Shown here: positions 48,092 through 57,458 of the stretch, one piece after another | How the letters are laid out: every line of letters starts with the position of its first letter | Numbering within the stretch: position 1 is the first letter of the stretch | Source: an uncultured Candidatus Saccharibacteria bacterium | GTDB lineage: Bacteria > Patescibacteriota > Minisyncoccia > Phycocordibacterales > JACOZG01 | Length of the DNA stretch: 64,000 nt | Reading direction: 5' to 3' | Assembly: GCA_964651115.1 (NCBI GenBank) | Contig: CAZYXJ010000001.1 | Location: 380,243-444,242 of the forward strand | Position numbers and translations under genes: made by a program | Notes under the pieces: model-generated | Seen by the model: only the letters and a program-made list of their open reading frames with translations | What the model was told of the DNA's origin: nothing | Databases searched by the model: none

Positions 48092-48870
48092 TGAAGCGGA
48101 CACTCATCTCCTGGAACGTTAATGGCATCCGCGCCGCCGAGCGCAAGGGTTTTTTGCCTTGGTTGGCGGCGGGTAATTATGACGTGGTCTCGATCCAAGA
48201 AACCAAAGTCAGCCGCGACGTTAAGCTGGCCCCGGAGCTGGTCTCACCGCCCGGCTATCAATCTTATTGGGATTACGCCGAAAAGAAGGGGTACAGTGGC
48301 GTAGCTAGCTTTGCTCGGCAGGATTTTTTACCCCAAAAGATCGTAACCGAATTTAATGATCGTACTTTGGCCCAGGAGGGGAGACTGCTCGAATTGGCTT
48401 ACCCTGAATTTTCGTTATTTAACGTCTATTTTCCTAACGGCAAACGCGACGCCGCTCGGTTAAAATATAAGTTAGATTTTTATGAACATTTCCTAGCTTA
48501 TCTTAAGGAGTTGCAAACGGCAGGGCGCTCAGTTATTTTTTGCGGCGACGTCAATACGGCTCACCAAGAAATTGATTTAGCGCGGCCCAAAGAAAATTCG
48601 AAGGTCTCTGGTTTTTTACCGATCGAACGAGAGTGGATGGATCGAGTCGTGGCCGCCGGCTTTGTTGATACTCTCAGACTCTTTCACCCCGAGCCAAATT
48701 TGTATAGTTGGTGGGATCAATATAGCTTTGCTCGGGAGCGCAACGTTGGTTGGCGGATTGATTACTTTTTCGTCAGTGCTGATCTAGCGCCGAAGGTAAC
48801 GGATGCCTTTATTCTAACTGATGTCTATGGCTCAGATCACGCGCCGGTTGGCCTCACGATTGATCTATGA
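48091..48870 (+). CDS. xth: Exodeoxyribonuclease III
   Basis: SWNVNGIRA, QETK, GYSGV, YFPNG, GDVNTAH, WRIDY, SDHAP. Confidence 0.95.
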   Translation: MKRTLISWNVNGIRAAERKGFLPWLAAGNYDVVSIQETKVSRDVKLAPELVSPPGYQSYWDYAEKKGYSGVASFARQDFLPQKIVTEFNDRTLAQEGRLLELAYPEFSLFNVYFPNGKRDAARLKYKLDFYEHFLAYLKELQTAGRSVIFCGDVNTAHQEIDLARPKENSKVSGFLPIEREWMDRVVAAGFVDTLRLFHPEPNLYSWWDQYSFARERNVGWRIDYFFVSADLAPKVTDAFILTDVYGSDHAPVGLTIDL

Positions 48871-49583
48871 TTTATTTCTTTTTCGGCACTGATCAGACCG
48901 CGGCTCGGGCCAAGTGGCGCGCGGTCGGTGAATCATTCGCGGGTAAGTATCCTACGGGATCGTGCTTCGTTTTCGAGGCGGAAAATTTTAATCCGACAGT
49001 CTGGGAGGAGTTGGCGGGGTCGGCCGATCTTTTTGGTGACAAGCGTTTAGTATTGGCCAGTCGGCTGAGTGAGAATCCGGAGGCCCTGGCTTTTATCGAA
49101 ACTCATTTGGCCGAATTGGTCGCGACGCCGGTGGTTTTTGCTTGTCTGGAAACCGCCTTGGCGCCGGCCTGGCGGAAAAAATTGGAACAGGCCGGCGCCA
49201 AACTCTCGGAGTCTAAGTCGCGCCAAGTGGTCGGCGAAAACTTCAACCCCTTTGCTCTTAGCGACGCGGTGTTGGCGCGCGATCGCAAAGCTCTATGGTT
49301 GGCTTATCAAAAATTATTGGATCAGCGGCTGGCACCAGAAGAGATTTTTTGGAAATTAGTTTGGCCGGTTAAGAATATGTTGTTGGTTAAGTCCTCGGAG
49401 GGTGGCGGGGCGAGCCGCTTGAGCCCTGGGGTCGCCAGTCGGGCGCGCTCGGCGCTCAGTCGTTTTGCTGATGGTGAGGTGGAGGAGCTGTCGGGACGGC
49501 TGGTAAGACTCTGGCATCAAACCAAAGAAGAGGGAGGAGGTGACTTTGCGGTTGGCCTTGAGCAATTGATCTTAACGTTATAA
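48867..49583 (+). CDS. holA: DNA polymerase III delta subunit-like
   Basis: MIYFFFG; DLFGDKRLV; NPFALSDAV..RD; divergent. Confidence 0.6.
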   Translation: MIYFFFGTDQTAARAKWRAVGESFAGKYPTGSCFVFEAENFNPTVWEELAGSADLFGDKRLVLASRLSENPEALAFIETHLAELVATPVVFACLETALAPAWRKKLEQAGAKLSESKSRQVVGENFNPFALSDAVLARDRKALWLAYQKLLDQRLAPEEIFWKLVWPVKNMLLVKSSEGGGASRLSPGVASRARSALSRFADGEVEELSGRLVRLWHQTKEEGGGDFAVGLEQLILTL

Positions 49584-49607
49584 TAGATTAGTATTTCGTT
49601 GACGTGA

Positions 49608-49680
49608 GCCCCGTTAGCTCAGTTGGTAGAGCAGCTGCCTTTTAAGCAGACGGTCGCAGGTTCGATTCCTGCACGGGGCA
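49608..49680 (+). tRNA. tRNA-Lys(TTT)
   Basis: GCCCCGT/ACGGGGC acceptor stem; CTTTTAA loop; GTTCGATTC. Confidence 0.93.
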
Positions 49681-49681
49681 C

Positions 49682-50149
49682 TTGGCTACGGTTCTTATTC
49701 TCGATAATCTTCGCAGTGCCGAAAACGTGGGCGCCATTTTCCGCACCGCGGACGCGGCTGGAGTGAGTAAGATTTTTCTCACTGGCTACACGCCGGCGCC
49801 GCGCGACCGCTTTGATCGGCCGGTGGCCAAGTTGGCTAAGGCAGCGCTCGGCGCCGAAGAATTTGTGTCGTGGGAGTCGCGACCCGAGGCCGGAACGTTA
49901 ATTAATGATTTGCGTAATCACGGTTATAAAATTGTCGCGCTGGAGCAGGCACCGGGCGCGGTTGACTATTCGACGATCCCTGCCGATCAACCACTTGGGG
50001 TAATTGTGGGGAACGAAGTGGCCGGCGTCTCACCGGAACTTTTGGCGGCCGCTGATCTGGTGGCCGAGATCCCAATGTGCGGTCGCAAGGAGTCGCTTAA
50101 CGTCTCGGTGGCGGTGGGGATCTTTCTTTACCGTCACCATTTGCGCTAG
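49682..50149 (+). CDS. TrmH/SpoU family RNA methyltransferase
   Basis: LDNLRSAENVGAIFRTADA, VGNEVAGV, KESLNVSVA. Confidence 0.88.
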   Translation: MATVLILDNLRSAENVGAIFRTADAAGVSKIFLTGYTPAPRDRFDRPVAKLAKAALGAEEFVSWESRPEAGTLINDLRNHGYKIVALEQAPGAVDYSTIPADQPLGVIVGNEVAGVSPELLAAADLVAEIPMCGRKESLNVSVAVGIFLYRHHLR

Positions 50150-50222
50150 ATTGACGGCGCTAAGATTTGCGTTAAGCTGTAACCGGATGACCCTGGTTTA
50201 ATTTAAAGAACAGGAGGATCTA

Positions 50223-50552
50223 ATGTACCTGCGCTTTGAGTATCGTTTTGATTGCGATAACGAGGTGATGGTGAGCCGGGTTTGCGCCAAGTTGATTGAC
50301 GCTCTGTTCAATTATTTTGGAGAGCGAAAGTTCTCTCCGGAGGAGCAAGATGGCGTTATCAAACTCGCCCTTAACGATTGCTGGCCTCTCGAAACCACTA
50401 TCGTGGTGGGTAATGGCTCAGTGGTGGGGGATTTGAAATTGACAGGCAGGTTTAATCCGACTGAGGCCTTCATTCGGAGAACTGTCGATCAGCATGCCCG
50501 TGAGATCGGCTTGCGGCCGGCGATGCCGGGCGCGGTTGTGGGGGCGGCGTAG
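50223..50552 (+). CDS. Hypothetical protein
   Basis: TTGACG promoter, AGGAGG RBS, hairpin at 50568-50597. Confidence 0.6.
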   Translation: MYLRFEYRFDCDNEVMVSRVCAKLIDALFNYFGERKFSPEEQDGVIKLALNDCWPLETTIVVGNGSVVGDLKLTGRFNPTEAFIRRTVDQHAREIGLRPAMPGAVVGAA

Positions 50553-50596
50553 ATTTGGTGCGGGGGATCGCCTTGACCTTAAGTGGTCAAGGCGAT

Positions 50597-51424
50597 TTAT
50601 TTTTGGCAAACGAGGCAGAAGTGGGTGCCGCGACCGTTTAGTTTAATTTTTTGGATTAGTTCTCGGCACTGCTTACAGCTTTGACCACCGCGGCCGTAAA
50701 CTTTTAAGTAGGCCACCATGCGGCCCTGGCCGCCGTTGGAGCGGCGGTAATTACGGGCGGAGGTGCCCTTTTTGGCGATTGATAATTTCAAAACGCTCAC
50801 GATGGAGTGATAGAGTTTTTCTATTTCTTTTTTGCTGAGACTTGCCGCCAGGCGATCAGGCCGAACTCCCGCCAAGAAGCACGCCTCGTCCACATAAATA
50901 TTTCCCAAACCGGCAATGAGCTGTTGGTCGAGGAGGATTTGTTTGAGGCGTCGCCTCGGGTAGTGCTTAATAATTTCCCCGAGAATCGCGGGAGAAAAAT
51001 TACGGCTTAAAGGCTCTGGTCCGTGGCGGTCAAAAATTTTTTCAGCTTCGGTCTTGGGCAAGACCTTGAGCCAGCCAAATTTGCGCAGATCGTTAAAGCG
51101 GAGGCGCGAGCCATCGGTAAAATCAAATATGGCTCGGGTGTGTTTGCTTGGTTCGCGAGTTGGTGGAGCTGGGTGTCCGCCCATCACGGATTGCCCGCGA
51201 GTGGGCTCAAAGATTAGTTGGCCCGTCATCTTGAGGTGGATGAGCAGATTTTCGTGCCCAGCGAGTTCGAAGATTAGAATTTTAGCTCGTCGTTCGACGG
51301 CGGCAATTTTTTTACCAGTCAAGGGGAGAGCAAACTTTTCCGAAGTAAAGGCCTTAATTTTTTTGCCCACCAACACCCGCGCCAGCTCGCGCTTGAGCGT
51401 CTCCACTTCGGGTAATTCTGGCAT
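50597..51424 (-). CDS. mutM: Formamidopyrimidine-DNA glycosylase
   Basis: MPELPEVET, HLKMTG, DLRKFG, GLGNIYVDE, C-terminal zinc finger. Confidence 0.95.
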   Translation of the reverse strand: MPELPEVETLKRELARVLVGKKIKAFTSEKFALPLTGKKIAAVERRAKILIFELAGHENLLIHLKMTGQLIFEPTRGQSVMGGHPAPPTREPSKHTRAIFDFTDGSRLRFNDLRKFGWLKVLPKTEAEKIFDRHGPEPLSRNFSPAILGEIIKHYPRRRLKQILLDQQLIAGLGNIYVDEACFLAGVRPDRLAASLSKKEIEKLYHSIVSVLKLSIAKKGTSARNYRRSNGGQGRMVAYLKVYGRGGQSCKQCRELIQKIKLNGRGTHFCLVCQK

Positions 51425-51442
51425 GCGGATAGCTTATCTGGT

Positions 51443-52615
51443 TTAGGAAATTTTGGCTAACTCTTCTGTGGTAATGCCCTTATCGCTCCACGGTTCTTTG
51501 GTGCCAGCGGCCCGCATAATGTAGGGATCAGTGCCTTTGCCCGTGATCAAAACGACGTCTCCCGGCTGAGCGGTTTTTAAGGCTTGGCGAATTGCTTCTC
51601 GGCGGTCCATGATAATTTTATATTTCCCCGAGTCTTTAACCCCGGCGGCGACTTCTTTAACGATTTTTTCTGGGTCTTCGTCGTAAGGATCTTCGTCGGT
51701 AAAGAAGATTTGGTCGCAGTAGCGTCCGGCGATCTCGCCCATCACTGGCCGCTTCCAGCTATCGCGGCCGCCACCGGTGCCTCCTAAGACACAGATTTTG
51801 CGTTGGTGGGGGAATGATTTATAAACCGCTTCGAGTGAGTCAGGAGTGTGGGCGTAGTCGACGATGATCTCAAAAGGCGCGCCGGCTACTTTTTCCATTC
51901 GGCCAGCTACGCCTTTAAATTTTTTGATAGCGCGGGTGATTGTGTCACGAGAAATTCCCAGGGCCTCGGCCAGCGTGCCAGCCGCTAGAATATTATATTT
52001 GTTAAAGTCGCCGATTAAAGAACTCTGGTTAACATAATCCGGGGCCTCGGCCAGACGGAAGGACCGGGTATCGGCGACGCCGAGGGCGGCAAAATGGGCC
52101 GATTCGGGGTCGTCGCCGTTGATGATTAGGAGTGGTCGGGCGGTGCGCGAGCGGAGTAGCTGGCGGGCTAACTCGATCTTGGCAGCACGGTAATTCTCGT
52201 AAGAGCCGTGACTCTCAATGTGCTCCGGGGCGAGATTGGTAAAGACGAAGGCGTTGAGGTTGATCCCGCGATGGCGGTATTGCGGGGCCCCCTGGCTCGT
52301 CATCTCAATGACGGCGTGGGTGCAGCCGGCTTGGAGGGCTCGGTGGAAAAATTTTTGCAGCCAGCCTCGGCCGGGCATCGACATCTTTTTTAAATTTGGC
52401 TCAGAGTGATTGTCGATTTTAGTCCTTACGGTGGAGGCGAGAGCGGTGCGGTAGCCGGCTTCTTCTAAAATGGCGTTGATCAGCTCGGCGGTCGTACTCT
52501 TGCCTTTGGTTCCGGTAATGCCGATGACGAAAAGTTTTCGGGAGGGGAAGCGGTAAATCGCGGCGCTACCGACGGCCCAGAGCCAGTGATAAATTTGATG
52601 GAACAATTTAATCAT
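51443..52615 (-). CDS. murE: Mur ligase, MurE-like
   Basis: GITGTKGKST, FTNLAPEH, VDYAHTPDSL, RDSWKR, DRREAI, GKG. Confidence 0.8.
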   Translation of the reverse strand: MIKLFHQIYHWLWAVGSAAIYRFPSRKLFVIGITGTKGKSTTAELINAILEEAGYRTALASTVRTKIDNHSEPNLKKMSMPGRGWLQKFFHRALQAGCTHAVIEMTSQGAPQYRHRGINLNAFVFTNLAPEHIESHGSYENYRAAKIELARQLLRSRTARPLLIINGDDPESAHFAALGVADTRSFRLAEAPDYVNQSSLIGDFNKYNILAAGTLAEALGISRDTITRAIKKFKGVAGRMEKVAGAPFEIIVDYAHTPDSLEAVYKSFPHQRKICVLGGTGGGRDSWKRPVMGEIAGRYCDQIFFTDEDPYDEDPEKIVKEVAAGVKDSGKYKIIMDRREAIRQALKTAQPGDVVLITGKGTDPYIMRAAGTKEPWSDKGITTEELAKIS

Positions 52616-53196
52616 GATTTAGAGCTTAGGAATTTAAGAGCCGCCTTTACTTTGTCGCCAGTGTCGGAGAGTTCGGCCGGCAGTTGGCGCAAGGCGTCCC
52701 GGGCTTCTCTTAAGCCGTAGCCCAGGGCCTGTAAGGCCTCGATTACTTCGGCTTCGCCAGTGAGGGTGGCGCTTGATTCGGCGCTGGCTAAGGCGCCTAA
52801 CTTATCGCGCAATTCGAGAATAATTTTTTCCGCGCTTTTCTTGCCGATGCCGGAGACGCGGGTGAGATAAGAAGAGTCGCCCGCGGCGATTGCTCGTTCG
52901 AGGGTGGTAGGCGGCGCCAAAGAGAGGATCCCGAGGGCGCTTTTAGGGCCAATGCCCGAGATCGAGATCAACAGTTCAAAAAAATTTAATTCGGCCTGTT
53001 CTAAAAACCCGTAGAGGTCTAAGGCGTCTTCGCGAACAATCTGATGGATCCAGAGCCGGAGCGGTTCAGGCGTGATGGCTCCCAGTTGGCGTTGGGCCTC
53101 GGCCGAAACGTATACCTTGTAGCCCACGCCGCCGACCTCTAAAATCAAGTAACGTTCGCCTCGGTAAGCGACCTTGCCAGTCAATTGACCAATCAT
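52612..53196 (-). CDS. ruvA: Holliday junction branch migration protein RuvA
   Basis: EVGGVGY, VREDALDLYGF, SGIGPKSA, GIGKKSAEKIILEL. Confidence 0.95.
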   Translation of the reverse strand: MIGQLTGKVAYRGERYLILEVGGVGYKVYVSAEAQRQLGAITPEPLRLWIHQIVREDALDLYGFLEQAELNFFELLISISGIGPKSALGILSLAPPTTLERAIAAGDSSYLTRVSGIGKKSAEKIILELRDKLGALASAESSATLTGEAEVIEALQALGYGLREARDALRQLPAELSDTGDKVKAALKFLSSKS

Positions 53197-53253
53197 GCCG
53201 CTAGTATACCGTGACGTTGCTTTTTTCTCTATTCTCGGTATACTCCTAGGGAT

Positions 53254-53517
53254 ATGGCAATTACCAAGTCAGCAAAAAAGGCGATCCGCTCATCCGAGCG
53301 CAAGCGTGTCTTTAACGTCCGTCGTAAGCGCGTGATGGTAGAAGCGGTTAAGCAGGTTAAGAAACTAGTTTCGAGCAAGGAGGTTAAGGCCGCCGCCAAG
53401 GAGTTGGCCGCCGCTTATCAGGCCATCGACAAGGCCGCTAAGCGTGGCGTGATCAAGAAGAACGCCGCCGCTCGCAAAAAGTCTCGCCTCGCTGCGCTCT
53501 TAAAGCGCTCTCAGTAA
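53254..53517 (+). CDS. rpsT: 30S ribosomal protein S20
   Basis: MAITKSAKKAIR...IDKAAKRGVIKKNAAARKKSRL. Confidence 0.95.
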   Translation: MAITKSAKKAIRSSERKRVFNVRRKRVMVEAVKQVKKLVSSKEVKAAAKELAAAYQAIDKAAKRGVIKKNAAARKKSRLAALLKRSQ

Positions 53518-53526
53518 TCCTTCGGG

Positions 53527-53598
53527 TCCTCTCGGTAGGAATCGAACCTACATCGTGGGTTCCGCAAACCCATATTCTATCCATTGAACTACGAGAGG
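53527..53598 (-). tRNA. tRNA-Arg(GCG)
   Basis: CCTCTCG acceptor; TGGGT-TTGCGGA-ACCCA anticodon arm; GTTCGATTC. Confidence 0.9.
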
Positions 53599-53648
53599 GT
53601 AACGTTCTGTATCCTACACGAAAATAGTCTCGGCGCAAAGCCGCAGGC

Positions 53649-54116
53649 TTAAAAACCTAGTTCCTCCCAAATAATATCGATGACGGATTCTTCGTGACGC
53701 TGTTCTGGCAGGTATTGGAGCAGAAATTCGCGCGCTTGCTCGTTAGTGATGTTTTCGGGGAGAGGGACGACTAAGTGGGGCAAAAAGGTGCGCTCCGATT
53801 CGATAATTATTTTGTGAGGATGACGATCGTCATGGACCCAAAAAGAATGGAGGCGATCGTAGGGGAAGAGACGGTTGCTAATTTTAAGTCCGCGCGGTGA
53901 GAGAGAATAATTAATCATTTCTGGTTTCCGGACGCCGTAGAGAATGAGGGTAAAGGCTCCTAAAAGGACGATAATGGCAAACAAAAAGTTAGCCAACAAA
54001 AGGGCGATCAGAAAAAATATTGCCGCGATAATCCCAAGGGACCAGTACCACGTGCTAGTCTTTGGTTGATGAATGTACTCGGGTGCTTGCCACTCAAAAC
54101 TTTTAGGCAAATCCAT
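53649..54116 (-). CDS. Conserved CPR membrane protein (DUF5673-like)
   Basis: WQAPEY..K..WY, two TMs, GLKISNRLFPY..L.SFW. Confidence 0.65.
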   Translation of the reverse strand: MDLPKSFEWQAPEYIHQPKTSTWYWSLGIIAAIFFLIALLLANFLFAIIVLLGAFTLILYGVRKPEMINYSLSPRGLKISNRLFPYDRLHSFWVHDDRHPHKIIIESERTFLPHLVVPLPENITNEQAREFLLQYLPEQRHEESVIDIIWEELGF

Positions 54117-54179
54117 GGGCTCATTATACCATTAAGTGGTTTGTCAAACAGGGGGAAAGTGCGCTAGTGTAGTTTTGTT

Positions 54180-54264
54180 GGAGGAGTGGCAGAGTGGTCT
54201 ATCGCACCTGTCTTGAAAACAGGAGTCTCGCAAGGGACCGTGAGTTCGAATCTCACCTCCTCCG
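54180..54264 (+). tRNA. tRNA-Ser(TGA)
   Basis: GGAGGAG/CTCCTCC acceptor stem; CTTGAAA loop; long variable arm. Confidence 0.93.
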
Positions 54265-54383
54265 CACTGGGTACTGAACCCACAATGCCCGCTATTTACT
54301 TTTTGTCAAACTCTGTGCTAGTTATATATCCGGCGCGGATTAATGCGATTTGCGCACAGTTCTTCGTAATAGGAGACGTTTAC

Positions 54384-54803
54384 ATGGGCAAGTTAATGCA
54401 GTGGATGCAAGGCGAGCTCGAGGGGATCGGGGCCGCGGATGTTAAGGCGCCCGAGTTTTCGGTGGCCGTCGGCGAGGAGGTGCTCGGTACTCTGACCGAT
54501 CTCTACCTGCAGAAGCTCTGGGTGCTCGGCGAACGGTTGAGTAACGAGTTGGCGACTCTTGCCAAGGAGCCCGCTCACAAGCGGAATACGATCACTCTGA
54601 GCGAGAAGAAAGACGTCGTGTACACGCTCTTCTGGACCGGCCTTCGGCACGAGCTTTCCGAGGACGCTCTCGTGAGGTTCGACAAGGAGTGTTCCATGAT
54701 CGGTATTCGCAAGGGCTGGGAGATCGTGGCCTGTCGCAAGCCCCAGTTTTCGCTGCCCGCCGTCCTCCTGGCGTTCGGGCCCCGCATTCCGATTCCGGGC
54801 TAA
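54384..54803 (+). CDS. Hypothetical protein
   Basis: AGGAG RBS; terminator AGGCGACCAAA-TT-TTTGGTCGCCT at 54832-54860. Confidence 0.65.
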   Translation: MGKLMQWMQGELEGIGAADVKAPEFSVAVGEEVLGTLTDLYLQKLWVLGERLSNELATLAKEPAHKRNTITLSEKKDVVYTLFWTGLRHELSEDALVRFDKECSMIGIRKGWEIVACRKPQFSLPAVLLAFGPRIPIPG

Positions 54804-54935
54804 TCTGTACATTGGATGGGAAGTCATTATCAGGCGACCAAATTTTTGGTCGCCTTTTTGTTGCGTGAAAAAAGGGCTCCTAAGATGTCTATGTGTTGTG
54901 TTTTACTTTTGCAATATTTGTGATAAATTGCGTCT

Positions 54936-55257
54936 CAGTGGAGTACTTTCAGGGCATAAGCATGATTAGGCCCTGCCTCGGCGGGTTAACCAGTCCTGCA
55001 GATCAGATGATTCTCACCGCCATCTGACGAGCATTAGAGGATCGAGATCTCCTCTGAGCTCGGAGGTAGTCAGTCCTCCATCGTGCGGTGACACAGTGCT
55101 TCGCCAGGATCATGCGCCCAATCAGCGGGGTTCGTCAGGCGCCAAGCGGCTAATCTCTCCACTTGGGCTGACGGTAGCCAGTCCGTCCGAACACAACAAC
55201 TCGCTGGTTGTCGGAATTAAGACCAATCTTTCTTACTAAAGATTGGTCTATTTTTTT
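54936..55257 (+). ncRNA. Large structured ncRNA of unknown family
   Basis: Extended -10 promoter, about 10 nested helices, 5'/3' closing stem, loop complementarity, strong terminator at 55220-55257, no credible ORF. Confidence 0.6.
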
Positions 55258-55348
55258 ACCAAATTTTATCCGTTTAAGAACTTTTTATGCGGCAAATCAG
55301 GGCGCTCAGGTTAATCGTAAAATATATAGAACTAAGCAACGCAGGTTA

Positions 55349-55570
55349 TCATTCTTTCGAGTTGCGGTTGGCGAAGAAGAAGATGTAGATAATCTCCAAG
55401 ATCCCTACGGTGTTGAGAATAAGTAGGGCAATAAACCACTTGGGTTCACCGCGCCGAGCGGCTTTCCAGAGGGCGGCGCCTTTCCAAGCCAGCGACCAGA
55501 TCGCCATGATCACAAAGAGCGGCCAATAAACTTCGAGCGTTTGCTGTAATTGCGTTAAATTGGTAGTCAT
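55349..55570 (-). CDS. DUF5652-like small membrane protein
   Basis: WSLAWKGAALWKAARR...WFIALLILNTVGILEIIY. Confidence 0.75.
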   Translation of the reverse strand: MTTNLTQLQQTLEVYWPLFVIMAIWSLAWKGAALWKAARRGEPKWFIALLILNTVGILEIIYIFFFANRNSKE

Positions 55571-55603
55571 ATATTAAGTATAATCAAGTGCTATGATAAC
55601 ACA

Positions 55604-55990
55604 ATGAGATTAGCCGGAATCGATTATGGATCTAAACGAGTGGGGGTGGCGCTCACGGATGAGTCGGGGCGTTTTGCTTTGCCGTTGGCCGTTTTCCCCA
55701 ATGATGCTGATTTGGTCCCAGCGCTCGCGACGTTGTGTCGCGAGCGCGGCGTCGGGACGGTCGTCGTCGGCGAGTCGCGCACCCTGGCTGGTCAGCCCAA
55801 TCCGATTATGAGTCGAGCGCTGGCTTTTGCTCGGCAGCTGCGTGCGGCTACTAATTTGCCGATTGAGTTCGAACCAGAGTTTTATACCAGCGCGGAGGCC
55901 GAGCGATTGCAGGGCAAGGTCAAAGATCTTGATGCTTCAGCTGCCGCGTTAATTTTAAAAAGTTACATTGATAAGCAATCTAAGTCATAA
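55604..55990 (+). CDS. ruvX: RuvX/YqgF family nuclease
   Basis: GIDYGSKRVGVALTD, EFYTSAEA, DASAAALIL. Confidence 0.88.
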   Translation: MRLAGIDYGSKRVGVALTDESGRFALPLAVFPNDADLVPALATLCRERGVGTVVVGESRTLAGQPNPIMSRALAFARQLRAATNLPIEFEPEFYTSAEAERLQGKVKDLDASAAALILKSYIDKQSKS

Positions 55991-55993
55991 ATT

Positions 55994-56323
55994 ATGAATG
56001 TTAGTTACGATCAATTTAAGTTAGTCGAGATGCGGGTGGGCGAGATCTTAAGCGCTGAGCGGGTGCCCGAGACAGATAAACTTCTCCGCTTGTCGGTAAA
56101 TTTTGGGGAAGCCTCGCCGCGACAAATTGTTTCCGGCATTGCCGCTTACTTTCCTGAGCCGGCCTCACTTGTGGGTACTAAGTGTGCTTTTGTGACTAAT
56201 CTCGAGCCGCGCGTCATTCGCGACCTAGAGAGTCAGGGGATGATCATGGCCGTGGGCGAAGGCGAAACTTTTTCATTACTGCGCGTCTCGGCCAGTGCTG
56301 TTCCGGGTAGTCCGGTAAAATAA
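55994..56323 (+). CDS. Stand-alone tRNA-binding OB domain (MetRS C-terminal/Trbp111-like)
   Basis: MRVGEILSAE...DKLL...RQIVSGIA...NLEPR...SQGMI. Confidence 0.85.
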   Translation: MNVSYDQFKLVEMRVGEILSAERVPETDKLLRLSVNFGEASPRQIVSGIAAYFPEPASLVGTKCAFVTNLEPRVIRDLESQGMIMAVGEGETFSLLRVSASAVPGSPVK

Positions 56324-56360
56324 TTTTCGACGCGACTTAAGTGCGGTATACTTATAAGCG

Positions 56361-57458
56361 ATGGTTGCTCCGTCGCTCTTTAAGTTTTTGGCGCCGCCGC
56401 GATACCTCGCGCTTAATCCGGTGGGCCTCGACATTTCCGATCAGTCGGTAAAATTTTGCCGTCTAACCTACGGTCGCCGAGGATTGCGAGTGGTGGCGCT
56501 TGGCGAGCGCGCTCTGTCGGCCGGCTTGATCGAACGTGGTCGCGTGCTGGACGGCGCTAAGTTATCGGAGGCTTTGCGGGGCTGGATTAAAGATTTTGGT
56601 TCGCGCTTTGTCTACGCCTCCTTGCCGGAAGAGTTGGGCTACGTCGTTAAGATGGGTTTGCCGGCGCTCAAGCCCGTCGAGCTGCGTCAGAGCATCGAGC
56701 TCCAATTAGAGGAGTATGTGCCCTTGCCGGCCACGGGGGTAGTGTTTGATTATGAGGTAATCCATGCGCCCGCTCACGTTCATGATGGGTATGATCTGGC
56801 CGTCTCGGTCTTCCCCAAAGAGATGGCCGAGCAGTATACCCAAGCTCTAGCCGGCGCCGGTCTCGCGCCTTTGGGTCTGGTGATCGAGGCACAGGCCATA
56901 GCCCGATCTTTGCTGAAGCGAGGGAGTGAGGGAGCCGCTTTGTTGATTGACGTGGGCAAGACGCGTACGGGCTTGTTTGTTACCGTGGGGACGCGCGTGG
57001 TGCTGACTTCCACAGTGGACCAAGTTGGCGGCGATCTCATCAATCGAGCGGTGGAGCGTGGCTTGTCGGTGTCTCGCGAGGAGGCGATTAAGCTTAAGCG
57101 AGAGCATGGATTGTTGCAGTCTGGTGACGGTAAGGTGCTTAACGCGCTTTTGCCAGCGGTCTCGGTGTTGCGCGATGAGGTGGGCAAGTTCTATGACTAT
57201 TGGCGCGCGCACGAGGGGGGCAAGGCGGGGAATGGCGGGGCTCTTAAGCGGATAATTTTGTGCGGGGGCGAAGCGGCTCTGCCTGGCTTGGTCGAATATC
57301 TAGGTTCAGGTCTAGACGTGCCGGTGGAGCTGGGCAATGTTTGGACCAATATTATTGATACCGAAAATGTGGTGCCGCCTCTGCCGCTGACCGAGTCTTT
57401 GCGTTACGCGACCGCTTTGGGTTTGGCTTTGCGACCCTTTAATCATCTGCCACTATGA
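56361..57458 (+). CDS. pilM: Type IV pilus assembly protein PilM
   Basis: GLDISDQSVK, IDVGKTRT, LCGGEA..PGL, YATALGLALR (actin-like fold). Confidence 0.85.
   Translation: MVAPSLFKFLAPPRYLALNPVGLDISDQSVKFCRLTYGRRGLRVVALGERALSAGLIERGRVLDGAKLSEALRGWIKDFGSRFVYASLPEELGYVVKMGLPALKPVELRQSIELQLEEYVPLPATGVVFDYEVIHAPAHVHDGYDLAVSVFPKEMAEQYTQALAGAGLAPLGLVIEAQAIARSLLKRGSEGAALLIDVGKTRTGLFVTVGTRVVLTSTVDQVGGDLINRAVERGLSVSREEAIKLKREHGLLQSGDGKVLNALLPAVSVLRDEVGKFYDYWRAHEGGKAGNGGALKRIILCGGEAALPGLVEYLGSGLDVPVELGNVWTNIIDTENVVPPLPLTESLRYATALGLALRPFNHLPL

Noticed and set aside
55127-55175. Permuted tmRNA suggested by CTCCAC followed by GGGCTGA
   Set aside because: No T-loop (GTTCGA) correctly placed before CTCCAC, no CCA and no tag frame; CTCCACT pairs better with the 5' end.
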